A DNA stretch of 64,000 bases from an uncultured Gemmatimonadales bacterium (GCA_963809895.1 CAWELD010000010.1:992001-1056000), one strand, 5' to 3'; positions 37,334 to 47,741 are shown, numbered from the stretch's first letter. Notes: generated from the sequence alone by a model not told the origin. Translations and numbers: made by a program.

Positions 37334-38706
37334 CGGCCGAGACCGCGACAGACCGTGAATTCTTCACCGAGCTCAGGGCTCGGGAATACACGCGTCTCGA
37401 CCGGCCGCCGCATGCATATCTGGACTACACCGGCAGCGGGCTCTACGGCGAGAGTCAGCTTCGGTGGCACCGGGACTGGCTGTCGGAGCGCGTACTGGGG
37501 AATCCCCACTCGGAGAACCCGGCGTCATTGGCCTCCACCCGGGAGCTCGAGCGCGTGCGCGAGCGTGTCTTCCACTTCTTCGGGGCCGATCCCGACGAGT
37601 GGGAGCTCGTCTTCACCGCCAATGCCACCTGTGCGCTGAAGCTCGTGGGTGAGGCCTTCCCGTTCACGGCCCGATCCCGCTACGTGCTCGCCACCGACAA
37701 CCACAACTCCGTGGGCGGCATCCGGGAGTACGCGCGCCGGGCGGGCGCGCCTGTCTCGTACCTGCCCCTCGACCGGGAGCTGAGGTTGGCCGTGGGCGCG
37801 GACGATCTCCCGGCGGCCGGCAAGGACGCCTCGCTGTTGGCCTTTCCGGCCCAGTCCAACTTCTCCGGCGTCAAGCATCCCCCCGAGCTCGTCGCTGCCG
37901 CCCGGGCCCGGGGATTCCGGGTGCTGGTAGACACGGCCGCCTACGCGCCCACGAACCCGCTGCGGCTCGACGAGATGGGCCCGGACTTCGCGTGTGTGTC
38001 GTTCTACAAGATGTTCGGCTATCCCACCGGACTCGGTGCGCTCCTGGCGCGACGCGACGCCCTGGCGGAGCTGCACAGGCCGTGGTACGCCGGCGGCACC
38101 GTGGACTTCGTGTCGATCCAGAACGACGTCCATCAGTTGCGGGCGTGGGGGGGCGGCTTCGAAGACGGCACGCCGGATTTTCTGGGAATCCCGGCGCTCG
38201 AGCCGGGCCTCGATCTTCTGGAAGACGTCGGCATGGGGCGCCTGCAGCGCTGGGTGAAGGCGCTCACGGGGCGCCTTCTCGAAGGTCTGGCGCAGCTCCG
38301 TCACGCCGATGGGACTCCCGGCGCCGTGGTGTACGGGCCGCGCACGGTGGAGGGCCGAGGCGGCACGGTCGCCTTCAATCTGCTGGATCGCCGCGGCCGC
38401 CCGATCCCGTACGAAGCGGTGGAGGGAGCGGCCCGCGAGGCCGGCGTCTCGGTGCGCGGGGGCTGCTTCTGTAATCCCGGTGCGGCCGAAGTGGCCTTCG
38501 ACATGCCCGCGGCCGAGACGCGACGCTGCCTGGAGTCGCTGCGTCGAGACTTCACGCTGGCCCGCTTCCGGGCTTGTCTCGGGGGTCATGTCGCCGTGGG
38601 TGCCGTACGGGCCTCGCTCGGCATCGCCAGCGTGCCCGCCGACGTCGACCGGTCTCTCGATGTCATGCAGGCCGTCCTGGAGGGCTTCTCCCCTCGCCAG
38701 CCGTGA
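37327..38706 (+). CDS. Class V PLP enzyme, Moco-sulfurase (MOCOS/ABA3/HxB) N-domain-like cysteine desulfurase
   Basis: YLDYTG, GNPHS, DNHNSV, AQSNFSG, SFYKMFGYPTGLGAL, RGGCFCNPGA. Confidence 0.85.
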   Translation: MVTAETATDREFFTELRAREYTRLDRPPHAYLDYTGSGLYGESQLRWHRDWLSERVLGNPHSENPASLASTRELERVRERVFHFFGADPDEWELVFTANATCALKLVGEAFPFTARSRYVLATDNHNSVGGIREYARRAGAPVSYLPLDRELRLAVGADDLPAAGKDASLLAFPAQSNFSGVKHPPELVAAARARGFRVLVDTAAYAPTNPLRLDEMGPDFACVSFYKMFGYPTGLGALLARRDALAELHRPWYAGGTVDFVSIQNDVHQLRAWGGGFEDGTPDFLGIPALEPGLDLLEDVGMGRLQRWVKALTGRLLEGLAQLRHADGTPGAVVYGPRTVEGRGGTVAFNLLDRRGRPIPYEAVEGAAREAGVSVRGGCFCNPGAAEVAFDMPAAETRRCLESLRRDFTLARFRACLGGHVAVGAVRASLGIASVPADVDRSLDVMQAVLEGFSPRQP

Positions 38707-39977
38707 TGGAAAACCTCCGCGACATCCGGGTGCTGTACGCCCGGGAGATCCGCTCCGCGCTGCGCGAGCGGACCATCGTCGTGAATGGGATCCTCATTCC
38801 CATCTTTCTGTACCCGCTGCTGCTGTGGGCCATCTTCTCGGTGATGCTCTTCGTGGAAGGCCTGGCCGAGGGCTTCGATTCGCGAGTGGCGCTTCCGGAG
38901 CAGATCACCGCGCCCGAGCTCGTGCTGGCCCTCTCGGCCAGCGAGGGCATCGAGGTGCAGATGCGGGCCGATCAGCACGCGACCCGTGCCCGTCTCGAAG
39001 CCGGCGATCTCGACGCCATCGTCCTGGTGGGCCCCGCCACCGGGGCCGCCGCCGCCCTCCCGGACAACCGTCAGGTGCGGGTGCTCTACAACCGGGCCCA
39101 GGAGCGGAGCCGCCGCGCGCTGGCGCGGGTGGAGAGCGTGGTGGACAGCCTCCGGAACGACCGGTTGGCATCGGAGGCGCGCACCCTGGGGGTGGATACC
39201 ACCAACCTCCGGGGCTACCGGATCCTGCCGGTCAACGTGGCGACCGAGCGGGAGACGGGCCGCACGCTGCTGTCGGTGATGGTGCCGTTCTTCCTCACGG
39301 TCATGGTGGCGCTGGGGTGCTTCATTCCCGCCGTGGACACCACCGCCGGCGAACGCGAGCGGGAGACCTGGGAGACGCTGTGGACCACCGGCCCGTCCCG
39401 GGGCGCCATCGTGCTGTCCAAGTACTTCTTCGTGGCGACCATGGGCACCGTGGCGGGGGTGCTCAACGTGGTGGCGGTGTCGGCGTCGCTGGGAGGAATC
39501 CTCACCCCGCTCATGGGCTCCCGGGCCGAGGACCTGGCGTTCGCGTTCCCCACGTCGGCGATCCCGGTGATGTTGGCCGGCGCCGTGCTGCTGGCCCTCC
39601 TGTTCGCCGCCGTGATGATGGTGCTGGCCGTCTTCGCCCGGACCTTCAAGGAAGGGCAGGCCATGGTCACTCCCGCCTACTGGTTGGCGCTGGTACCGCT
39701 GGTCCTGGGCAGCTCGCCGGACCGGACGCTCACCACCGCGCTGGCGCTGGTGCCCGTGGCCAATGTGGCCATGGCCGCTCGCGACGCCATCCAGGCCAGG
39801 ATCTCGGTGGACCTGGTCGTGGTGGCCTTCTGCGTCAACGCAGCCCTCGTGGTGGCGTGCCTGATCCTCGCCAACCGTCTCGTGAACCGTGAAGAAGTCG
39901 TGACCGGTGCCTTCGAGGGGAGCCTGTGGAGTTGGCTCCGCTCTCGCCGCCGTCGATCGGCTTCCGGAGCCTCGTAG
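38706..39977 (+). CDS. ABC-2 type exporter permease, NatB-like
   Basis: AVDTTAGERERETWETL; multiple TM segments; ARTFKEGQ. Confidence 0.85.
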   Translation: MENLRDIRVLYAREIRSALRERTIVVNGILIPIFLYPLLLWAIFSVMLFVEGLAEGFDSRVALPEQITAPELVLALSASEGIEVQMRADQHATRARLEAGDLDAIVLVGPATGAAAALPDNRQVRVLYNRAQERSRRALARVESVVDSLRNDRLASEARTLGVDTTNLRGYRILPVNVATERETGRTLLSVMVPFFLTVMVALGCFIPAVDTTAGERERETWETLWTTGPSRGAIVLSKYFFVATMGTVAGVLNVVAVSASLGGILTPLMGSRAEDLAFAFPTSAIPVMLAGAVLLALLFAAVMMVLAVFARTFKEGQAMVTPAYWLALVPLVLGSSPDRTLTTALALVPVANVAMAARDAIQARISVDLVVVAFCVNAALVVACLILANRLVNREEVVTGAFEGSLWSWLRSRRRRSASGAS

Positions 39978-39981
39978 CCGC

Positions 39982-40752
39982 ATGCCCGACTCGACACCGA
40001 CGATCGCGGTCCAAGGACTGCGCAAGACCTTCCTGGAGGCGGGCCGTGGCGAGGTGCGCGCGGTGGACGGCGTGGACTTCCACTGCAATGCCGGCGAGGT
40101 CTTCGGGCTGTTGGGTGCCAACGGTGCGGGTAAGACCACGACGCTGCGCATGCTCTCCACCGTGCTGCGTCCCAGTGGAGGCCGCGCCTCGGTGCTGGGA
40201 CACGACGTGGTCGCCGAGCCCGAAGCCGTGCGCCGGTCCCTGGGCTTCCACTCCGCGTCCACGGCGTTGTACCCGCGGCTCACGGCTCGGGAGACCCTGG
40301 AGTTCTTTGCCCGCGTGAACCGCTATCCCGCGGACCGCGTCGATGCCCGGGTGGACGAGCTCGTGGAGCGCTTCGGCATCGGCGAATTCGCCGACGCCCG
40401 GGTGGAGAAGCTCTCCAGCGGCATGAAGCAGAAGGTGGCCATCGCTCGCACCGTGGCCCACGATCCCCCGGTGCTGATCTTCGACGAGCCCACCGTCGGA
40501 TTGGACGTGCTCAACGCCATGGACCTCCTCGGCCTGGTCGAGGAGCTCCGGGACGAGGGCAAGACGGTTCTCTTCTCGACCCACATCATGAGCGAGGCCG
40601 AGCGCATCTGCGATCGCATCGCCATCCTCCACCGGGGCCGCATTCTGGCGGAAGGGACGCTGGAGGAGTTCCGGGATTCCACGGGCCTCCACTATCTACA
40701 GGACATCTTCGTCCGCTTCGTGCAGGACGCCGCCGAGCCGGCGGGCCGCTGA
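39982..40752 (+). CDS. ABC ATP-binding protein, NatA-like
   Basis: GANGAGKTT, LSSGMKQK, LIFDEP, FSTH. Confidence 0.92.
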   Translation: MPDSTPTIAVQGLRKTFLEAGRGEVRAVDGVDFHCNAGEVFGLLGANGAGKTTTLRMLSTVLRPSGGRASVLGHDVVAEPEAVRRSLGFHSASTALYPRLTARETLEFFARVNRYPADRVDARVDELVERFGIGEFADARVEKLSSGMKQKVAIARTVAHDPPVLIFDEPTVGLDVLNAMDLLGLVEELRDEGKTVLFSTHIMSEAERICDRIAILHRGRILAEGTLEEFRDSTGLHYLQDIFVRFVQDAAEPAGR

Positions 40753-42761
40753 TGCAGGCCCTGGGCACGCTCCTCCGCTTCGAGCTGCTTCAGCTCGTTC
40801 GGGACCGGCGGACCGTGCTGGTGGCGGTGGTGGCGCCGCTCCTCCTCTTCCCGGGTATGCTGGTCGTGAACCGGCTCACGGGCGAGGCCGATGCGACGCG
40901 CCGCCTGGACACCGTCTATCGCTATGCGGTCACCGGCAGCGACAGCGCCGCCACGGCGGCCCTGGTGGAGCGCGCCCGCGAGCTCCCACCGGACACGAGC
41001 GACGAAGACGCCGTGGCCGAGAGCGAAGCCGGCGGACTGCAGCTGGCTCGCGTCCTGACCGGAGCTCCCGATTCCCTTCTGGCCGCGGGCGGGCTGCAGC
41101 TGGTGGTGGAGAACACGGGCCCCGACAGCACGGGGGTGCCGGTCCTGGAGCTCCGGTATCGGGCCAGCTCCGATCTGTCCCGGACCGCGGCGAACCGCGT
41201 GTCGGAGCGCCTGCGCCGTCTGCGTTCACTCCGCAGGGACTCCCTCTTCCGGGCCTCGGGCTTGCCCGTGGACCGGGATCAGGTCCTCCCGCTCAGCAGC
41301 GAGAACGTGGCCTCGGCCCAGCGCGAGGCGGGCTCCTTCCTGGGGCTGGTACTCCCGCCGGTGATCGTCATGTTGATGCTCACCGGGGGGTCCATCGTCG
41401 CGGCCGACACGCTCTCGGGCGAGAAGGAACGAGGCACGCTCGAGACGCTCCTGACCACCGCCGTGTCGCGCCGGGAGATCGTGGGCGCCAAGGCTCTCGC
41501 CATCGTGCTGGTGGGGCTTGTGGTGACGCTGATCAACGTGCTCAACCTCGGGGTCTACGTGGGGTTGGGCCTGGTGGACGTGCCCGAGGGCATGGCGGCG
41601 TCGGTGACCGGTCCCAGCCTGCTGGCGCTCCTTCTGCTTCTGCTCCCGGTCGCCGCGCTGATCGCGGCCGTCCTCCTCCTCACCTCCGGTCTCGCCCGCA
41701 GCTACCGGGAGTACCAGCTCTATTTCCCGGTCGTCTTCCTCGTCATGCTCGTTCCCTCCGCCGCGGGGGCGCTACCGGGCCTCGATCTGCGCTCGGCGGT
41801 GATTCTGGTCCCGGTGGCCAATATCGCGCTGGCGCTGCGCGAGGTGCTGGCCGGGCGTCCCGACGTGCTCTTCGGGGGATTGGCCGCGCTGATCACCGGA
41901 GGCGCGGCGCTGTGGATCGGGCTCATGGCCGAGCACACCATGTCCACGGAGCGGCTGTTGGCCGATACCCAGGCCGACCGGGCGGAGCTCGTCGGCGGCG
42001 CGAGCCTGTTCCCGTACCGGGTGCTTCGCTGGTTCGGACTGCTGTGGGTGGCCTTCCTGGCGGTGTCCGTGTGGTTCGGCGCAGATCTGGGAGTCCGGGG
42101 GCAGATCCTGGTGAACATCCTGGGTCTGTTCCTGGGGAGCGCCCTGCTCATGATCCGCTGGTATCGGCTGCCGCTCCGCCAGGCCCTGGCGTTGCGACCG
42201 GTCCACCCTCTGGTCTGGCCGGCGGTGCTGGTCGGTGCGCCGTGCGCCCTCCTGACCGGGATAGGCCTGGCGAACCTCACGGGGCGTTTCATCCCGGTGC
42301 CCGATCGGGTCATGGAGGCGTTCGGGCAGTTCGTGACGCCCGATGGGGTGGGGACGGTGCAGCTCGTCCTGCTGTTGGCCGTGCTCCCTGGAATCTGTGA
42401 AGAGATCGCCTTCCGCGGCATTCTCCTCTACGGACTGCGCCGGCGCCTGGGGCCCGTCACGCTGGCCCTGGCGGTGGGGGGCATCTTCGGGCTCTTCCAC
42501 GTGAGCCTCTTCAGGATCGTGCCCACGGCGTACCTGGGCACCATCCTCGCCACCGTGGTCATCCTGACGGGCTCCATCTTTCCCGCCATGCTCTGGCACG
42601 CCCTCAACAACGCGGTGGCGTTGCTCCCGGCCTCGGCCGGGTGGGCGCAGGCGCCGATTCCCCCGTGGGCATACGTGCTCGCCGCCGGGGGGCTGGTGCT
42701 CTCACTCGTGGTCCTGAGACGCGTCGGGAGCGGCTACCCTGGGGTGACCCGCGCGGAATAG
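40752..42761 (+). CDS. NatB-like ABC permease fused to a CPBP (CAAX/Abi) intramembrane metalloprotease
   Basis: GEKERGTLETLL in the permease part; EEIAFRG, FGLFH, HALNN protease motifs. Confidence 0.88.
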   Translation: MQALGTLLRFELLQLVRDRRTVLVAVVAPLLLFPGMLVVNRLTGEADATRRLDTVYRYAVTGSDSAATAALVERARELPPDTSDEDAVAESEAGGLQLARVLTGAPDSLLAAGGLQLVVENTGPDSTGVPVLELRYRASSDLSRTAANRVSERLRRLRSLRRDSLFRASGLPVDRDQVLPLSSENVASAQREAGSFLGLVLPPVIVMLMLTGGSIVAADTLSGEKERGTLETLLTTAVSRREIVGAKALAIVLVGLVVTLINVLNLGVYVGLGLVDVPEGMAASVTGPSLLALLLLLLPVAALIAAVLLLTSGLARSYREYQLYFPVVFLVMLVPSAAGALPGLDLRSAVILVPVANIALALREVLAGRPDVLFGGLAALITGGAALWIGLMAEHTMSTERLLADTQADRAELVGGASLFPYRVLRWFGLLWVAFLAVSVWFGADLGVRGQILVNILGLFLGSALLMIRWYRLPLRQALALRPVHPLVWPAVLVGAPCALLTGIGLANLTGRFIPVPDRVMEAFGQFVTPDGVGTVQLVLLLAVLPGICEEIAFRGILLYGLRRRLGPVTLALAVGGIFGLFHVSLFRIVPTAYLGTILATVVILTGSIFPAMLWHALNNAVALLPASAGWAQAPIPPWAYVLAAGGLVLSLVVLRRVGSGYPGVTRAE

Positions 42762-43308
42762 GGAAGCCGCGAACGGCGGTGTGCAGGACCCGGATCTCGT
42801 CGGCGTCGTGGACCTTCCAGCCAGCATTCGTGCGCAGCAGCGTCATCACCTTCACCTCGGGCTCCGCCCCCTGGACCAGGCTCACGATCCGGTAGACCAC
42901 GTGGGCCGTGTCGCCACCTTCCATCACCGTCCCCAGCACATGGCTCCGCCGGGACACCAGGGAGGACAGCAGCCCCGGACTCTGGGCCTGGACCCCTGCC
43001 ATGATGCGCCGGAACACCTCCTCATCGTCCAGGCGCTCGTAGGCCGCGCGATCGGGGATTCCCCCGAGAAGGTGCTCCAGGGCCCAGCCCGTGGAGTCGG
43101 TGTCCAGGACGATTCGCACCGCCAGGCGGATGTAGGCGAGAGCGTCGGGGTGCACGCGCTGAGCCAGGCCGGCCCACGCCATGGACTGGAAGCCTCGCTG
43201 GAATTCGTCGGCCACCTGTTCCGGGGGGCTCTGGGCGAAAGCGCTCGCGGGAACGGCGGACGCCCACAGCCCGAGGGCGAGCAGGCCGGCCAGCCCGGTG
43301 CGGCTCAC
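42604..43308 (-). CDS. Hypothetical secreted protein
   Basis: Signal peptide (AFA-Q); GTGA coupling to yjbQ; the 3' end overlaps the convergent gene and is uncertain. Confidence 0.65.
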   Translation of the reverse strand: MSRTGLAGLLALGLWASAVPASAFAQSPPEQVADEFQRGFQSMAWAGLAQRVHPDALAYIRLAVRIVLDTDSTGWALEHLLGGIPDRAAYERLDDEEVFRRIMAGVQAQSPGLLSSLVSRRSHVLGTVMEGGDTAHVVYRIVSLVQGAEPEVKVMTLLRTNAGWKVHDADEIRVLHTAVRGFPIPRGSPQGSRSRRVSGPRVRAPAPRRRARMPTGESAPAPTRPRPGATPPRC

Positions 43309-43736
43309 GGCTCGCCGTTGCCCAACAGCGTCACGACCACGCGGCGCTGCCTGGGGCGGGTGTCCAGATCCACCAACACGACCTGCTGCCAGGTGCCCAG
43401 CGGGATGCTGCCCTCGCGGATGGGAAGTGCCAGGGAGGGGCCGATGAGCGCGGCTCGCACGTGGCTGTGGCCGTTGTCGTCGTGCCAGGTCTCCTCGTGG
43501 GCATAGCGCCCGTCACGGGGGGCCAGGCGCTCGAGCGCCGCGGCCAGGTCGTGCTCGACCAGGCCGGGCTCGAATTCCAGCGTGGTGAGGGCGGCGGTGG
43601 ATCCCACGACCATGGCGGTGACCTGTCCCGCGGAGATCCCGCTGGCGTCCACCAGCGCCTGGAGCTGTGGGGTGAGATCCAGGATGTGGTCGTTTCCCCG
43701 GGTCTTCACGTCGAGGGTGTGGCTCCGAACGATCAT
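43305..43736 (-). CDS. yjbQ: YjbQ/UPF0047 secondary thiamine-phosphate synthase family protein
   Basis: GSTAALT..E, Y.HE..DNGHSH, LGTWQ. Confidence 0.9.
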   Translation of the reverse strand: MIVRSHTLDVKTRGNDHILDLTPQLQALVDASGISAGQVTAMVVGSTAALTTLEFEPGLVEHDLAAALERLAPRDGRYAHEETWHDDNGHSHVRAALIGPSLALPIREGSIPLGTWQQVVLVDLDTRPRQRRVVVTLLGNGEP

Positions 43737-43775
43737 GCGCGAAAGCTAACACGTCTCCCGTCGTCGGTGGCCCGT

Positions 43776-43803
43776 CATACCCCCTCCCCCCCGGGGGGGG
43801 ATG
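43776..43803. promoter_or_regulatory. Probable CsoR operator
   Basis: CATACCCCCTCCCCCCCGGGGGGGGATG: a C-tract/G-tract pseudo-palindrome upstream of csoR. Confidence 0.7.
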
Positions 43804-43885
43804 TTGTTAGATTCCATTCGTTCCGGGAAACGAGGCCGAGCCATCGGACTCCGTCGGCCCGGACACCCGATCCCGGAGGAGCCGG

Positions 43886-44188
43886 ATGGCAGAAGCAAGA
43901 GCGGCGCCGCCCACCGACGAGACGGAGGGCCAGATCCTCGCTCGGCTGAAGAGCGTGGAGGGCCACGTGCGGGGGATTCATCGCATGGTCTCGGAGGGCG
44001 AGTACTGCGTCGATGTCGTGCACCAGATCCTCGCCGTGCAGAAGGCCCTGAAGAAGGTCTCGGCCATGGTGCTCGACCGGCACCTGCACCACTGCGCCAC
44101 GTCGGCAATCCGGGGACGCGATCCCGCCGAACGGGAGCGCGTGCTCGGGGAGCTGCTGGATCTCTTCGACGCGGCCGGCCGCAGTTGA
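43886..44188 (+). CDS. csoR: Copper-sensing repressor
   Basis: RLKSVEGHVRGI, EYCVDV, HLHHC. Confidence 0.92.
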   Translation: MAEARAAPPTDETEGQILARLKSVEGHVRGIHRMVSEGEYCVDVVHQILAVQKALKKVSAMVLDRHLHHCATSAIRGRDPAERERVLGELLDLFDAAGRS

Positions 44189-44239
44189 GGCCGGCCGGAC
44201 CAGACACCGACCCCAACCGAGAATCCCAGGGAGGACATC

Positions 44240-44449
44240 GTGGCCGACAGGACCGTCACCGTACCGAACATCAGCTGTGGACATTGCGTGAAGACCATCG
44301 AGCGCGAGCTGGCCGAGCTGGAGGGGGTCACCGCCGTGTCCGCACACCAGGACTCGAAGCAGGTCGACGTGACGTGGGACGAGTCCGTCACCGATTGGTC
44401 CGCCGTGTCGGACCTGCTCACCGAGATCAACTACCCGCCGGCGGACTGA
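44240..44449 (+). CDS. copZ: Copper chaperone (HMA domain)
   Basis: ISCGHC motif; 69 aa; GGAGG RBS. Confidence 0.9.
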   Translation: MADRTVTVPNISCGHCVKTIERELAELEGVTAVSAHQDSKQVDVTWDESVTDWSAVSDLLTEINYPPAD

Positions 44450-44473
44450 TCCACCGACCCCACGTCGTCGATC

Positions 44474-46934
44474 ATGCCTGAGCGTAACCTGACCTTCCCC
44501 GTCACGGGGATGACCTGCGCCAACTGCGCGGCCACCGTGGAGCGTACGCTCCGCAAGACTCCCGGCGTGTCCGAGGCCGCGGTGAACTACGCCACCGAGA
44601 AGGCCACCGTGACCTTCGACGCCGGCACCGTGCGTGAAGACGGTCTGGCCGAGCGCATCCGGCACGCGGGCTACGACGTTCCGCTGGAACGCTTCGAGCT
44701 CGCCCTGACCGGGATGACCTGCGCGAACTGCGCGGCCACCATCGAGCGCACGCTGCAGTCCCGGATTCCGGGGGTGGTGTCGGCCGCGGTGAACTACGCC
44801 ACCGAGAAGGCGGTGGTGGACGTCATGGCCGGTGCCGTCGCCCGGGCCGAGCTGGCCCGTGCCGTCGAAGACGCCGGCTACGGGGTCGTGGAGCCCGCCG
44901 GCGGGGAAGCCCCAGACGACGCCGAGGCCCGAGCGCGAGCCCGGGAGATCGCTCACCAGACCCGCACCTTCTGGGTGGGCGTGGCGTTCTCGCTGCCGCT
45001 CTTCCTGCTGAGCATGGCAAGGGATTTCGGCCTCCTGGGTGCGTGGGCCCATGCGCCCTGGGTGAACGTCCTGATGCTCGCGCTGGCCGCGCCGGTGCAG
45101 TTCTACGTGGGTTGGGACTACTACGTCGGCGGATTCAAGGCGCTGCGGAACCGGACGGCCAACATGGACGTCCTGGTGGCGTTGGGCTCGTCGGCGGCCT
45201 TCTTCTATTCGGTGCCGGTGACGGTCGCGCTGCTGGCCGGCTCGACAGGACTGGGTGAGCACGTCTACTTCGAGACCGCCGCGGTCATCATCACGCTCAT
45301 CAAGCTGGGCAAGCTCCTGGAAGCCCGGGCCAAGGGCCGCACCAGCGAGGCGATCCGGCGGCTGCTCGATCTCCGACCTCGCACGGCGCGCCTGATCCGC
45401 GACGGTGAAGAGGTGGACGTGCCGCTGGAGCAGGTCCGGGTCGGCGACCTCCTGCGCGTACGTCCGGGCGAGTCGGTGCCCACCGACGGCGAGGTGGTGG
45501 AGGGACATTCGGCGGTGGACGAGAGCATGCTCACCGGTGAGAGCTTGCCGGTAGAGAAGGCGCCGGGCGACGCCCTGGCCGGGGCGACCGTGAACCGGAG
45601 CGGTGTGCTGAAGATGCGGGCCACCCGCGTGGGATCCGAGACGGCCCTGGCCCGCATCGTCCACATGGTCGAGGAGGCCCAGGGTAGCAAGGCCCCCATC
45701 CAGGCGGTGGCGGATCGGGCCGCCGCCGTGTTCGTGCCGGCGGTCCTGACGATCGCCGTCGTCACCTTCCTCGTGTGGTTCCTGGGAGTGGGCGCGGGAT
45801 TCACGACCTCCCTCATCCGCATGGTCGCCGTCCTGGTGATCGCGTGTCCGTGCGCGCTGGGTCTCGCCACGCCCACGGCGCTCATGGTGGGGACCGGAAA
45901 GGGGGCGGAGTACGGGATCCTCTTTCGCGATGCCACGGCGCTGGAGCGCGCACGCCAGCTGACGACCATCGTGCTGGACAAGACGGGCACCGTGACGCGG
46001 GGTGAGCCCGCGGTCCTGGACGTCGTTCCCGTCGCGGGCGCGGGGGTGGACGCCGACGAGCTGTTGGCGCTGGCCGCGGCGGTGGAGCGGGGCAGTGAGC
46101 ATCCGCTGGGGGAGGCGGTCGTGGCCGAGGCCCGACACCGGGGCATTGCCCTGCGCGAAGGGGTGGGCGCCGCGGCGGAGACCGGGCGAGGCATCCGGGC
46201 GACGGTGGACGGTCGCATGGTCCTGGTGGGGAGTCGCCGCCTTCTGGAGGAGGCCGGCGTGGACCCGACGCCCGCGGCGGCCCTGGCCGAGGCTCAGGAG
46301 GCTCGAGCTCGCACGGCCCTGTTCGTGGCCGCCGACGGCCGCGTGCTCGGGGTCATCGGCGTTGCGGATACGGTCAAGGACGGCGCGCGCCAGGCGGTGC
46401 AGGATCTGCGGAGCGCCGGGCCTCCACGTGGTGCTCCTCACCGGAGACAATCCCCGCACCGCCGAGGCCGTGGCCCGACAGGTGGGTATCGACGAGGTCC
46501 GGGCCCAGGTGCTCCCCGAGGACAAGGCGCGGGTGGTGGAGCAACTCCGCGAGCGGGGACCGGTGGCCATGGTGGGGGACGGCATCAACGATGCCCCGGC
46601 CCTGGCCACGGCCGACGTCGGGATCGCCATGGGCACGGGCACCGACGTGGCCATGGAGACGGCCGACGTGACGCTCATGCGGGGTGATCTGAACGCCGTG
46701 CCCCAGGCGCTGCGACTGTCGCGGGCCACGCTGCGCACGATCCGGGAGAACCTGTTCTGGGCCTTCGGCTACAACGTGGTCCTCATCCCGGTGGCCGCGG
46801 GAGTGCTCTACCCGTTCGAGGGCCTGCCCGGGATGCTCCGCCAACTCCACCCCATCCTGGCGGCGCTGGCCATGGCCTTCAGCAGCGTGAGCGTGGTGTC
46901 CAACAGCCTGCGCCTGAGGAAGGTGCAGTTGTAG
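44474..46934 (+). CDS. copA: Cu(I)-transporting P1B ATPase (frameshift near 46418-46420)
   Basis: Two GMTCANC domains, [26 protein letters not shown] and MAFSS follow in the shifted frame. Confidence 0.93.
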
Positions 46935-46946
46935 GGTCGGTGACCC

Positions 46947-47627
46947 TCAGACGGTCTCCACCGGGTGGAAGAGCTCGAACCCTTCCTTCAGCCAGTGCTC
47001 CCGGAAGGGGTAGGGGGCCACCTCTTCCAGGGTGAGCGCCGCGGTCATGGGGTGCGGATAGAGGGTGATGCGGCCGCGTTCGTGCTCGTGCATGGTGTAG
47101 CGCCCGCTGATCTGCACGTCGGCCTTGAGCCGCTGCTCCCCGTCCATCATGTGCGACTGAAGCAGGTGGGTCGTGGAGTGCCACTCGTGCTGGGTGACGC
47201 TGAAGTCCACGATGGGAAGCCCTTCGGCCGAGATGCGCACCCTGACCTGATCGGCGCGTTCGATGAACTGCGCGTCGATGTTCTCGGGATAGGTGGGGAT
47301 CCGCAGCCGCTCCTCCAGGAGCGTCCGGCTCTCTTTGCTGCTGGTGGCGGTGAGAAACGGGTAGAAGCCGGCCTTGGGGTGCCGGGCCCAGCTTCCCACC
47401 ACGGGGGGCACGACCACCGCGAGGAGCAACTCCGCGTACGGACCGACCTCGCTCTCCCGGAAGTGGAACGCCGTGACGTTGAGGATGCTCCGCTGCGGCC
47501 TCACCTCGATGGGTTGGAGGTGGTCCGGGAGGATCCTCTCCGCGTCGGACGTGGCCATCTCGAAGAGAGCAGCCACCCCCGTGGAGAAGTAGGACTTGCT
47601 CACGGCGGATTCCGGTATACGCGACAT
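46947..47627 (-). CDS. Acetoacetate decarboxylase-like family protein
   Basis: ILPDHLQP, AFHFRESEVGPYAEL pattern of the ADC-like fold. Confidence 0.6.
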   Translation of the reverse strand: MSRIPESAVSKSYFSTGVAALFEMATSDAERILPDHLQPIEVRPQRSILNVTAFHFRESEVGPYAELLLAVVVPPVVGSWARHPKAGFYPFLTATSSKESRTLLEERLRIPTYPENIDAQFIERADQVRVRISAEGLPIVDFSVTQHEWHSTTHLLQSHMMDGEQRLKADVQISGRYTMHEHERGRITLYPHPMTAALTLEEVAPYPFREHWLKEGFELFHPVETV

Positions 47628-47741
47628 CGCGGCGCCGCGGGGGCCTCGGTTGGTCAGGAAAAGGGGAGGGTCGCCCCCCACACTCTCCTAATGTGGCCGC
47701 GCGAGTCGTGCCGGGGCAAGCGCGCTCCGGTCACGGATGTG

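Noticed and set aside
43781..43800. C and G tracts as a phase-variable promoter
   Set aside because: Better explained as a CsoR operator, given its position before csoR-copZ-copA.
44497..44815. Direct DNA repeat inside copA
   Set aside because: It corresponds to the two tandem HMA domains, which is ordinary.
44474..46934. copA as a pseudogene or programmed frameshift
   Set aside because: One extra G in a short run, all motifs intact, and no slippery heptamer; most likely a sequencing error.
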